A stretch of 64,000 nt of DNA from Pseudomonadota bacterium (GTDB lineage: Bacteria > Bdellovibrionota_B > Oligoflexia > Oligoflexales > CAIYRB01): positions 23,605-87,604 of the forward strand of contig JANOTL010000130.1 in the NCBI GenBank assembly GCA_031416315.1, given 5' to 3'. Below the pieces are notes generated by a model, which searched no databases, was not told where the DNA came from, and saw only the letters and a list, made by a program, of their open reading frames with translations. Of the stretch, positions 17,399 through 25,146 are shown piece after piece (position 1 is the first letter of the stretch; the number at the start of each line of letters is the position of its first letter). Both the position numbers and the translations under genes were made by a program.

Positions 17399-17926
17399 TC
17401 AGTCGTTGAAGTCGAGGATGAAGTTCACGATCATGTGGTCGAGCAACAGACCGCGGAGGTAAGCGCGCCCGAGGTAGAGGCCCGGCGCGACCTGGCGGAT
17501 CTCGTCGCGGATGCGGCCGGCGACGATCGAGGTGCGCGAGTAGTCGATGATGATCGCGCGCTGACCGTCGAAGAGCGACGGACCGTAGAACACTTCGGCC
17601 TTGATGGCGTTGAAGCCGAAGACCTTGTTCTCGAGGACGCCTTCACCGTTCTCGGTGTCGAACACTTTGCCTTGCCACACGAGGCCGGCGAGCAGCTGGG
17701 TCGGAGTGTTGATGGTCGAGCCCGCGAAGAACACGGCCGTGCCGTTCGATTCGCCGTCCGGAACGGCGCCGATCTCACGCGAGGCGTTGAGGTAGGTCTG
17801 GTTCAGCTCGGTTTGCGTCATGTCGCGCAGGACTTCGACGGTCAGCAAGGACTCGTCGGCGAGCGCGACGTTGGCGGCGAGCGGCAACAGACACGCGAGC
17901 GCGAGATTGCGGGCAAAACGTTTCAT
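17399..17926 (-). CDS. Secreted hypothetical protein, second 'RDEIR..PGLYLGRAY' family member
   Basis: Signal peptide MKRFARNLALACLLPLAANVALA; WQGKVF, AEVFYGPSLFDGQRAIIIDY, RDEIRQVAPGLYLGRAY. Confidence 0.85.
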   Translation of the reverse strand: MKRFARNLALACLLPLAANVALADESLLTVEVLRDMTQTELNQTYLNASREIGAVPDGESNGTAVFFAGSTINTPTQLLAGLVWQGKVFDTENGEGVLENKVFGFNAIKAEVFYGPSLFDGQRAIIIDYSRTSIVAGRIRDEIRQVAPGLYLGRAYLRGLLLDHMIVNFILDFND

Positions 17927-18015
17927 CGGGTTCCTTCCCAAGCTTGGTTACGCAGCGATTCTCATGAAATGAACTGGTAGAATGGATAAAGGCTTACCGG
18001 GCCGGGGAAGGGCGG

Positions 18016-18633
18016 TCAACCGGAAGTAAAGATTCCGCGCATCGCCAGCATCCGCGACGCGGCGAGGCGATAAAAGTCCTGCATTCGTCGCTCTTGGTCG
18101 CGATCGTCCTCGAGCACGCCGAGCGCCTGCGCCAGCGCTTCGTACGTCGACATGCGCTCAGCCGTAACCTGACGTCTTGGACGCAGCATCGCCTCCGGCG
18201 CCTGCGGCAAAGTGACACGAGGCCACGACGACAGGCCCTCGATCCTTTTCACCATGTGTCGCGCCTGACCCCAGGTCCCGTCCGGGACTATGAGCGCCAG
18301 GGGCCGCGGGTCTTTGAGCGCCAGCTCTCGGCTGAGCGGGATCGCCGTGGGCGACGGATAGAGCACGACGGGTCGGTAGCAGGCCTCGTCGATCCACTGA
18401 CGCGCATCGCTACGCTCGCCGATGCGACCGTGGACGTGCACGTCGAGCTCGGCGGAGAGTTTCAGAAGGAGCCCCGTGTTCGACGAGCGCTTCAGCTCTT
18501 TCGAATGGAGCACCAAGACGACCCGCGTGCGCAAGGCCGCGAGCTTCGGCGCTGCCGCGCAAATGCACAGGTGTACGAACAGGCGGCAGCGAATGCAGCG
18601 AGAAACCGGGCAGTTAGGGGCGGGGCTGACCAT
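18016..18633 (-). CDS. DTW-domain tRNA-uridine aminocarboxypropyltransferase (TapT/YfiP family)
   Basis: CxxC..CxC, H.KE..RSSNTG, VLYPS, VPDGTW, MSTYEA. Confidence 0.88.
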   Translation of the reverse strand: MVSPAPNCPVSRCIRCRLFVHLCICAAAPKLAALRTRVVLVLHSKELKRSSNTGLLLKLSAELDVHVHGRIGERSDARQWIDEACYRPVVLYPSPTAIPLSRELALKDPRPLALIVPDGTWGQARHMVKRIEGLSSWPRVTLPQAPEAMLRPRRQVTAERMSTYEALAQALGVLEDDRDQERRMQDFYRLAASRMLAMRGIFTSG

Positions 18634-18808
18634 GCTATTCGTCTCGAAGGGTACCGTTATCTATGGATTTTCCGGAAACATTTCAAGGGCGGACCTCCGG
18701 GGACCGATTGCTAGGACTAGGTAAGCACTGGGGGCAAATTTTGCTCAGGTCTTCCTTCGAGGGTTCGGCCTTGGCAGAATATTTAGTAAGACCTCTGAAG
18801 GGATAAGC

Positions 18809-19768
18809 ATGCAGTTGACGTTCTGGGGAGCGCGCGGCTCGAGCCCGGTGGTCATGAACCACCAGGGTGTGCTCGCCTTCCTCGAGACGCTCGGGGCCAA
18901 GGCGAAAGCCAAAGGCCTTGCGTCGATAGACCAACTCGTCGCGGCCGCCAAGGCCGGCGACCTCGGCGTTCCGCTTGTGTACGGCGGCCATACGCCGTGC
19001 ACGGAAGTCTCCGAAGGCGCGCAGTCCATGTTCATCGACATGGGGACGGGCCTACGCGAGGCCGGCACCAAGTACATGTCGACGCGCAAAGAGTGGACGA
19101 TCTTTCTGACCCATATGCATTGGGACCATCTCCAGGGCCTACCGTTCTTCATTCCGATCTTCATTCCCGGCAACAAGATCACGATCTATCACGTGCACAA
19201 GAACGCGCCCGAGTTCGTGCGCATCATGTTCAACGGCGTCAACTTCCCCGTGAAGTGGGATCAGCTCGGGGCGACGATCGAGTTCAAAGAGCTGAAGCTC
19301 TACGAGCCGGTGCAGCAAGGCGTCGTCAGCGTCACGCCCTTCGCCTTGGACCATCCGGGCGGCAGCTTCGGCTACCGCTTCGAGGCGGGCGGCCGCTCGG
19401 CCGTCGTCGGCTTCGACGGCGAGTACACGCGCATCAGTAAGGAAGAGCTCGGCAAGGACCTGCCCTTTTATCAGAACCTGGATCTTTTGGTGTTTGACGC
19501 CCAATACGAGCTCGAGGAGCTCTTGAACAAGCACGACTGGGGCCACTCCAGCTCGACCATCGGCATCGACCTCGCGCTCCGCGAGACCATCAAGAAGCTC
19601 GTGCTCATCCACCACGATCCGTGGGCCTCGGACGAGCGCCTCCACGCCTCGATCAACAACGCCCGCAAATACGTCAAAGCCAACTTGAAGTGGTACGAGA
19701 ATTGGAAAGATCAGCCTAACGGACCGGAAGTCGTCTCCGCCTACGACGGCCTGACGCTTACGGTCTAG
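18809..19768 (+). CDS. MBL-fold metallo-hydrolase (phosphodiesterase-like)
   Basis: FWGARGS, YGGHTPC, IDMGTG, THMHWDHLQG, HPG, DAQY, WGHS, HHDP. Confidence 0.9.
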   Translation: MQLTFWGARGSSPVVMNHQGVLAFLETLGAKAKAKGLASIDQLVAAAKAGDLGVPLVYGGHTPCTEVSEGAQSMFIDMGTGLREAGTKYMSTRKEWTIFLTHMHWDHLQGLPFFIPIFIPGNKITIYHVHKNAPEFVRIMFNGVNFPVKWDQLGATIEFKELKLYEPVQQGVVSVTPFALDHPGGSFGYRFEAGGRSAVVGFDGEYTRISKEELGKDLPFYQNLDLLVFDAQYELEELLNKHDWGHSSSTIGIDLALRETIKKLVLIHHDPWASDERLHASINNARKYVKANLKWYENWKDQPNGPEVVSAYDGLTLTV

Positions 19769-19777
19769 GAGCTCTGT

Positions 19778-20266
19778 ATGGGGAAGAACGCTTTCAAAGT
19801 GCAGATGGCCGCCGAGGGCGAGTGGCAGCGCCTCGCGTTCTCCGGCGCCATCAACGAAGACGCCAAAGGCACCCTCATGCCTTTCGCGGACTCGACCGGC
19901 ACGAAAGTGATCTTGGACCTGCGTGACGTGACGCTGATCAACAGCTGCGGCATCCGCGACTGGTCGATCTTCCTGCGTGCCCTGAAAATGAACCGCGAGG
20001 TCGTGTTCGACCGGTGTCCCGACGAGATCGTCCGCACGATGAACATGGTCACCAACTTTTACTATCGACTACCGGTCAAGAGCGTCTACCGCGCTTACGG
20101 CTGCGAGAACTGTGGCCACGAGCAGGCGGAGCTCTTGAAAGAAGGGGCCGACTACGCGGCGGGCGCGATCCCGAGCGGGAAACCCGTGAAATGCGCGTCG
20201 TGTGGCGAGATGGCCGAGGCGTTTGAGCCGGATGACGAGTTCTTTCAGTTTTTGCTTTCGGCTTGA
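19778..20266 (+). CDS. STAS-like domain plus zinc-ribbon protein (paralog 1)
   Basis: FSGAINED, LDLRDVTLINSCGIRDW, CENC...CASC, C-terminal FFQFL. Confidence 0.8.
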   Translation: MGKNAFKVQMAAEGEWQRLAFSGAINEDAKGTLMPFADSTGTKVILDLRDVTLINSCGIRDWSIFLRALKMNREVVFDRCPDEIVRTMNMVTNFYYRLPVKSVYRAYGCENCGHEQAELLKEGADYAAGAIPSGKPVKCASCGEMAEAFEPDDEFFQFLLSA

Positions 20267-20273
20267 AGCCGAT

Positions 20274-21116
20274 CTATTCGATCCCGCTCAACACCGCCTC
20301 AGCGACCGCTTGAGCCGTCTCCGCGCTCACCGACTTCGCATACCCGTAATAAGTCGTCCCACCCTGCTCCATCAGGAAGCCGGTGACGTTCACGGTCCCG
20401 GCGTGCGGCACGCCGCCGCCGACGGTCTTGGTCGTCGAGATGATCTTCCAGTCGTATTTGCCGAGGCGTTTCGACGCTTCGGGCGCCGTCACCTGCGCGC
20501 CGTTCACGAAGAGCTCGCGCGTCGTCATGCCCGAGCCCGCCTTCGCGTAAACCGCGACGAAGTCTTCGCCTTTGGCGTAGCCGACGAAGGTCGTGCCTTC
20601 CGCTTGGCCTTGCTGCGCGACGGCAAAGCCGGCAGGGCCGGTAACCGTGATGCCCCCGAGGCGGGTCTTGCCGCCGCCGAGGTCCTGCGCGCTCGTGCCG
20701 CTCGGCGGCGTCGCGCCGGCCGGAGGCGTCGCCGGCTCATTGGCCGAGGGCGGTGTCGCCGGCGGATTCGTCGCTTGCGCGCCGAGGGGCGGCGTCGCGC
20801 CGTCGAGCGGCGGCACGGTGTTGCCGGATCCGCCCGAGGGCACCGCGCTGCCCGTGGACGCCGTCGCTCCGGGAACGGCGTCTCCCGATGCGGGAGGGTT
20901 GGTGTTGATGACGCCGTTCTGCGGCTGCTGCGGCTGCTGCGGCTGCTGCTGAGCTTGCGGCAGCGGCACGGCCGGTGTCGCGGCTTGAGGCACGCCGGGG
21001 CGCGGCTTGAGCGGCTGAGCGCCCACCTCGACGCGCTTGTTCTGACTGGAGGTGCAACCAGCGGCCGCGAGGGCCAGGCTTACCATCGACGTCACGACGA
21101 GATGCTTCACGCTCAT
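20274..21116 (-). CDS. Pro/Gln-rich lipoprotein, unknown function
   Basis: Lipobox AAGC; QAQQQPQQPQQPQ and Pro/Ala/Thr-rich tether, globular C-terminal half. Confidence 0.8.
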   Translation of the reverse strand: MSVKHLVVTSMVSLALAAAGCTSSQNKRVEVGAQPLKPRPGVPQAATPAVPLPQAQQQPQQPQQPQNGVINTNPPASGDAVPGATASTGSAVPSGGSGNTVPPLDGATPPLGAQATNPPATPPSANEPATPPAGATPPSGTSAQDLGGGKTRLGGITVTGPAGFAVAQQGQAEGTTFVGYAKGEDFVAVYAKAGSGMTTRELFVNGAQVTAPEASKRLGKYDWKIISTTKTVGGGVPHAGTVNVTGFLMEQGGTTYYGYAKSVSAETAQAVAEAVLSGIE

Positions 21117-21148
21117 CTGGAACTCCTAGTCTCTCAGGCGCGATCGTC

Positions 21149-22084
21149 TCACCCGCCGACTAGGGCGTCGAGGATGCTTTGGTCCGAGGCTTCGGTCGCG
21201 GCTTGCACGGCTTGGACGCTCATCGCGCCGGTGCCGCCTTCGCGGATCTGCGCGGCGGTGTAAGCGCCGTTCGGGTTCTTATTCATGATCAGGTTGGTGT
21301 TGTAGGTCCCGGTGACGACCGGCGTGTGGCCGCCGACCTGCTGCGTCTTCTGGGTCGCGAACGCGGCGATCTCGCCGAGCGACACGAAGCCGTCCTTGAC
21401 GCCGTCGAGGAAGCCGTCGGCGTCGCCGCTGAGGGCTTTCCAGAGGGCGTGTCCGTAAGCGCTGCCGGCCGAGCCTTCGGGGCCGTTCTCTTGCGCGTCG
21501 ACGCCCGGGCCGGTGCTCGAGAGCTCCTGCGCGGTCGACGATGCCATCACGAAGAGGCTGCGACCTTGCTGGCTCCAGCTCTCCCACTTGCTCTTCTGCT
21601 GGTTCACTTCGTCGACGAGGGAGCCGGAGTGGCAGGCCATCGTGAAGATCACGACCTCTTTCGCCTGCGAGCCGAGCGCGGTGGTGACCATGTCGCGATA
21701 GTCGATGCCGATGCCCAAGCCGCCTTGGTAGCCGTGGCCCGAGGAGTACTGCACGTACATGTCGTCTTTGCCGAGCGCGCCGGTGATCTGGCGCATCGAA
21801 GCCATGACCTGCGAGCCGTCGAACTGCTGCTCCGTGAAGGTCTTCGCCTCGTACTTGCCGCCGACGCCCGACGTGAAGATGTCGTGCGTGTGCTTGACGT
21901 CGTACTTCGTCTCGTTGCCCATGAAGCCGTCGAGGACTTCACCCCAGCCGAGGTAGGCCTTTTTGCCGGCGGCGCCTTCGAGGGAGAGCGATTGCGCCTC
22001 GCTTTGATTGACTTGGTCGACCGGGCCGCAGGCCGAAAGGCTTGCGGTCAGCACTAGGGTCGCGAAAGCTTTGCGAGAAGCCAT
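21149..22084 (-). CDS. Caspase/hemoglobinase-fold (clan CD) cysteine peptidase lipoprotein
   Basis: Lipobox LSAC; YVQYSSGHG and IFTMACHSGS dyad motifs; VMASS; ALSGDADG...DGFVSLGE. Confidence 0.78.
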   Translation of the reverse strand: MASRKAFATLVLTASLSACGPVDQVNQSEAQSLSLEGAAGKKAYLGWGEVLDGFMGNETKYDVKHTHDIFTSGVGGKYEAKTFTEQQFDGSQVMASMRQITGALGKDDMYVQYSSGHGYQGGLGIGIDYRDMVTTALGSQAKEVVIFTMACHSGSLVDEVNQQKSKWESWSQQGRSLFVMASSTAQELSSTGPGVDAQENGPEGSAGSAYGHALWKALSGDADGFLDGVKDGFVSLGEIAAFATQKTQQVGGHTPVVTGTYNTNLIMNKNPNGAYTAAQIREGGTGAMSVQAVQAATEASDQSILDALVGG

Positions 22085-22134
22085 GCCTTTTTCCCTCTAG
22101 GAAAGGCGGAACGATCAGTCGGTACGAACGATCT

Positions 22135-22150
22135 TGCAAGCCTCGTACCC
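22135..22150 (-). promoter_or_regulatory. Possible sigma54 -24/-12 promoter for the caspase-like gene
   Basis: Minus strand GGGTACGAGGCTTGCA (GG-N10-GC), about 50 nt upstream of ATG 22084. Confidence 0.35.
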
Positions 22151-22226
22151 AGGGCTCTTGGGCGGATTCGGCTATCGAATCAAGGGGTAGGGGAGTCGAA
22201 AAGTGCCCAAGCAATGGACGGTGCTG

Positions 22227-22232
22227 TATAAT
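22227..22232 (+). promoter_or_regulatory. Putative -10 element
   Basis: Perfect TATAAT 25 nt upstream of ATG 22258; -35 weak. Confidence 0.4.
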
Positions 22233-22257
22233 CGGCTAAACGCCCGGGAGCCCCGCC

Positions 22258-23763
22258 ATGCATTTTCGCCACGCGCGCCTGGTCGCGCCTGCCGCTCTTC
22301 TCGTGTGCTTCACGGCGTGCAAGGAGACGACGCACCTCCCCGAGCACGATGCGGGGCCGGCGGACGACGAGGCGGAGGTCTTGGCGAAAAGGACGCCGGC
22401 GAAGCCGCGAGGCGAAGGCCTGTACGCCGCCGACGCCGAGGCGTTGCAGAAGAACTCTACCTTCTTCTTCCGGATGTTCGACCAAGGCTTCTCGCGCAAG
22501 TTCGAAGACTTGCCCGCGGTCGGCGAGGTGCCCGAGGAGTCGAAGCCGATGTCGGGCGGCTACTACCCCGAGTCGACGGGCGGCACCGACGTCGCGGTCA
22601 ACGGCAAGACCGCGCTCGCGAAGTACGACGAGGTCTTCAACGGCGAAGGCAAGGCGCAAGCCTGGGAGCGCGAGAAGCACGTGAGCGGGCCCGCCTGGGC
22701 CGGCCATTGCAACGGTTTCTCCGCCGCGGGCCAAAGACACCCGAAAGAGCCGTCGAAGACCGTCGTCAAGAACGGGGTCACCTTCGACCCGCGCGACATC
22801 AAGGCTTTGATGGCCGAGATCCACATGAGCGCCGACTACGAGTTTCTCGGGGGCGCGCGCTGCGAGCTTGCGGCCCCGCCTTCCGTGGCCTCCCGCGCCG
22901 ATCCGACGATCATGGGCGACTGCGAGGACATCAACCCGGGCACGCTCCACGCCGCCGTCGGCAACTGGATCGGCCGCAAGAAGCATGTCTTGATCATCGA
23001 CCAGTACTCCGGCGAGCAGGTCTGGAATTATCCGCTGGTGAAGTACGAATCCTCCTCCGCCGTCGTCAGCGAGACGGAGGCGAAGCGCATGGTCACGGCC
23101 GGCGGTTCCGATTACATCTTCAATCCGCAGGCGGCGAAGTTCGTCGCCGTCACGATGAAGCTCGTCTACGTCGAGGCGCAAAAATCCGAGATCCTCGGCA
23201 AACGCTATTTGGCCGAGATGCCCTTGTCCTACGTCCTCGAGCTCAACGCCCAGGGCGAAATCCTGGGCGGCGAGTGGACCGGGCAAAGCCAGAAAGAGCA
23301 TCCCGACTTCCTCTGGCTCGCGCTCGAGCCGCAACCGGGCAACGGCACGCGCTACATGGGGAACCCCCACCTCGACGCCAAAGAAGTGATCAAGCTCTGG
23401 GCCGAGTCGGCGGGCTTCGATCCGGACGATCCGCCGCAAGACGTCATGCGCCCCGCCGCGATCACCGACTGGGGCCGCTGGGCGACTTTCGAGGTGACGC
23501 TCGACGGCCGCACCACCGGCGCGGTCTTCGCCGGGAAAAAAACCGTGCTCCGGGTGAAGCGGAAGGACACGCTCGCCAAAGCCGGCGTCACCCTCGACGT
23601 CGGGATGAACGGCTCGGCGCTGACGAGCCTTGCCGGCGGCGCGGGCGACGAGCTCTCCTACGCCTTCGAGCCCGGGCCGGGACTAAACAGATTTCAGTTT
23701 ACATTCAAGAAGGACGGCACGGTCCTCGAGGACCAGTTCTTACGCTTCCACGTCCTGCGCTGA
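22258..23763 (+). CDS. Transglutaminase-elicitor (GP42-like) family lipoprotein
   Basis: Lipobox FTAC; WAGHCNG, DIKAL, DINPGTLH, EQVWNYP, YVLELNAQGEILGGEW, HPDFLW. Confidence 0.82.
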   Translation: MHFRHARLVAPAALLVCFTACKETTHLPEHDAGPADDEAEVLAKRTPAKPRGEGLYAADAEALQKNSTFFFRMFDQGFSRKFEDLPAVGEVPEESKPMSGGYYPESTGGTDVAVNGKTALAKYDEVFNGEGKAQAWEREKHVSGPAWAGHCNGFSAAGQRHPKEPSKTVVKNGVTFDPRDIKALMAEIHMSADYEFLGGARCELAAPPSVASRADPTIMGDCEDINPGTLHAAVGNWIGRKKHVLIIDQYSGEQVWNYPLVKYESSSAVVSETEAKRMVTAGGSDYIFNPQAAKFVAVTMKLVYVEAQKSEILGKRYLAEMPLSYVLELNAQGEILGGEWTGQSQKEHPDFLWLALEPQPGNGTRYMGNPHLDAKEVIKLWAESAGFDPDDPPQDVMRPAAITDWGRWATFEVTLDGRTTGAVFAGKKTVLRVKRKDTLAKAGVTLDVGMNGSALTSLAGGAGDELSYAFEPGPGLNRFQFTFKKDGTVLEDQFLRFHVLR

Positions 23764-23787
23764 AGGCCCGGACCGCCGGCGGGGGCC

Positions 23788-24492
23788 TCAGTCGATCCAT
23801 TCGTCCATGTCGATCGCGGGATCGAGGCGCAAGGCCAAGACCGCGACGGCCGAGCCCGGGCACGAGAAGAGGGCGATTTCTTCGTCGACCCTGTTGTAGT
23901 CGAGCGAGTTGCAGTCGTCTTCGAAGCCGATCGCGACGCTGCGTGCGTACATCGTCTTGCCGACGAAGCACTGCGGATTCGACGGCAGGTACGTCTCGCC
24001 GTCGCGCACCGTGCTGATCTTCAGCACGACCTTGGGCTTCGAGCACATGCCTTCGAGGTCGACTTGCTCGCCTTCTTTCGGCCAGGTCAAGGTCGCGGTC
24101 TTGCCGTCGTCGGTGACGATCGTCAGCGTGACGTCGTCGTCGTCCTGGCGCAGGCCCTTGATCGAGAGCTTGGCGCGGTCGCCGGTGATCGTTCCGTCCG
24201 ATCCGTCGCCCTGGCTCGCGCTGCCGGAGCTGGAGCCTAAGCCCGAGCCGCCTTCGGCGCTGCCGCCGTCGCTGCCGTCGATTTCACCTACGTCGAGGCC
24301 GCCGTCGCTGCCTAGGCCGGACGAGCCGTTGCTAGTGGACCCGCCGGAGCCGCTGCCCGTCAGGGAGCCGCCGCCGCCGCTCTGAGACGCCTTCGAGCGC
24401 CGTCCCGTGGTCGAGCTGCCGCTGAAGTCGGCCGAGCCGCAGGCGACCAACAAAGACAAAAGCGCTGCACCAACACAAGTGACGTGTTTCAT
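23788..24492 (-). CDS. Gly/Ser-rich lipoprotein, unknown function
   Basis: Lipobox LVAC; long G/S/D linker, Cys-containing C-terminal domain. Confidence 0.78.
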   Translation of the reverse strand: MKHVTCVGAALLSLLVACGSADFSGSSTTGRRSKASQSGGGGSLTGSGSGGSTSNGSSGLGSDGGLDVGEIDGSDGGSAEGGSGLGSSSGSASQGDGSDGTITGDRAKLSIKGLRQDDDDVTLTIVTDDGKTATLTWPKEGEQVDLEGMCSKPKVVLKISTVRDGETYLPSNPQCFVGKTMYARSVAIGFEDDCNSLDYNRVDEEIALFSCPGSAVAVLALRLDPAIDMDEWID

Positions 24493-24597
24493 CGGGACGC
24501 TCCTCTAGGGATAGCGCCTGATCGGCGCGGCGCCCGAGAAACTTGAACTTCCGACAAAAATCCACGCAATTCGGAAAGATCGCCGCGGGTTTTATCT

Positions 24598-25146
24598 TTA
24601 TCCCTTCAGCCGCCGCGTCCATCCCGCGAGCGCCTCGAGCTGCGCCCCGATCAGCTGGCGCGTCGCTTCGTCGGTGAGCTTGCCCTCGCCGTCGAACTTG
24701 TCCTGGGCCTTGCCGATGAAGATCTCCGGCTTGTTCAGAACGTGGGCGTCGAGGAACACGAAAACCTGGCGCAGGTGATACTGGGCACGCGCCGTGCCGA
24801 GAACGCCCATCGAGGCGCCCAGGATGGCGACGGGTTTGCCCTGGAAGGGCTGCGGCTTCCCCCGCGAGGCCCAATCGATCGCGTTCTTGAGCCCGCCGGG
24901 AATCGAGTAGTTGTACTCTGGCGTCGCGATCAACACGGCGTCGGCCGCGGCGATCTTGGCGACGAAGGTCTTCACGCTTTGCGGACGGCTTTGGTCGTTG
25001 TCGAGGTCGCCGTTATAAACCGGCAAGTCCGCGATCTCGCCGATCTCGATCTTCATGCCCGCGGGCGCTGCGGCTTGAGCCGCACGCAGAGTCGCCGTAT
25101 TGAAAGAGCCCTTGCGCAGGCTCCCCGAAATGCCGAGAACGTTCAT
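24598..25146 (-). CDS. NAD(P)H-dependent FMN reductase (ChrR/SsuE-like)
   Basis: ISGSLRKGSFN, ATPEYNYSIPGGLKNAIDW, GTARAQYHLRQ. Confidence 0.93.
   Translation of the reverse strand: MNVLGISGSLRKGSFNTATLRAAQAAAPAGMKIEIGEIADLPVYNGDLDNDQSRPQSVKTFVAKIAAADAVLIATPEYNYSIPGGLKNAIDWASRGKPQPFQGKPVAILGASMGVLGTARAQYHLRQVFVFLDAHVLNKPEIFIGKAQDKFDGEGKLTDEATRQLIGAQLEALAGWTRRLKG

Noticed and set aside
18634..18808. Riboswitch in the divergent DTW/MBL intergenic region
   Set aside because: Only short pairings and an isolated GGCAAA; no complete c-di-GMP or other aptamer consensus recognisable.
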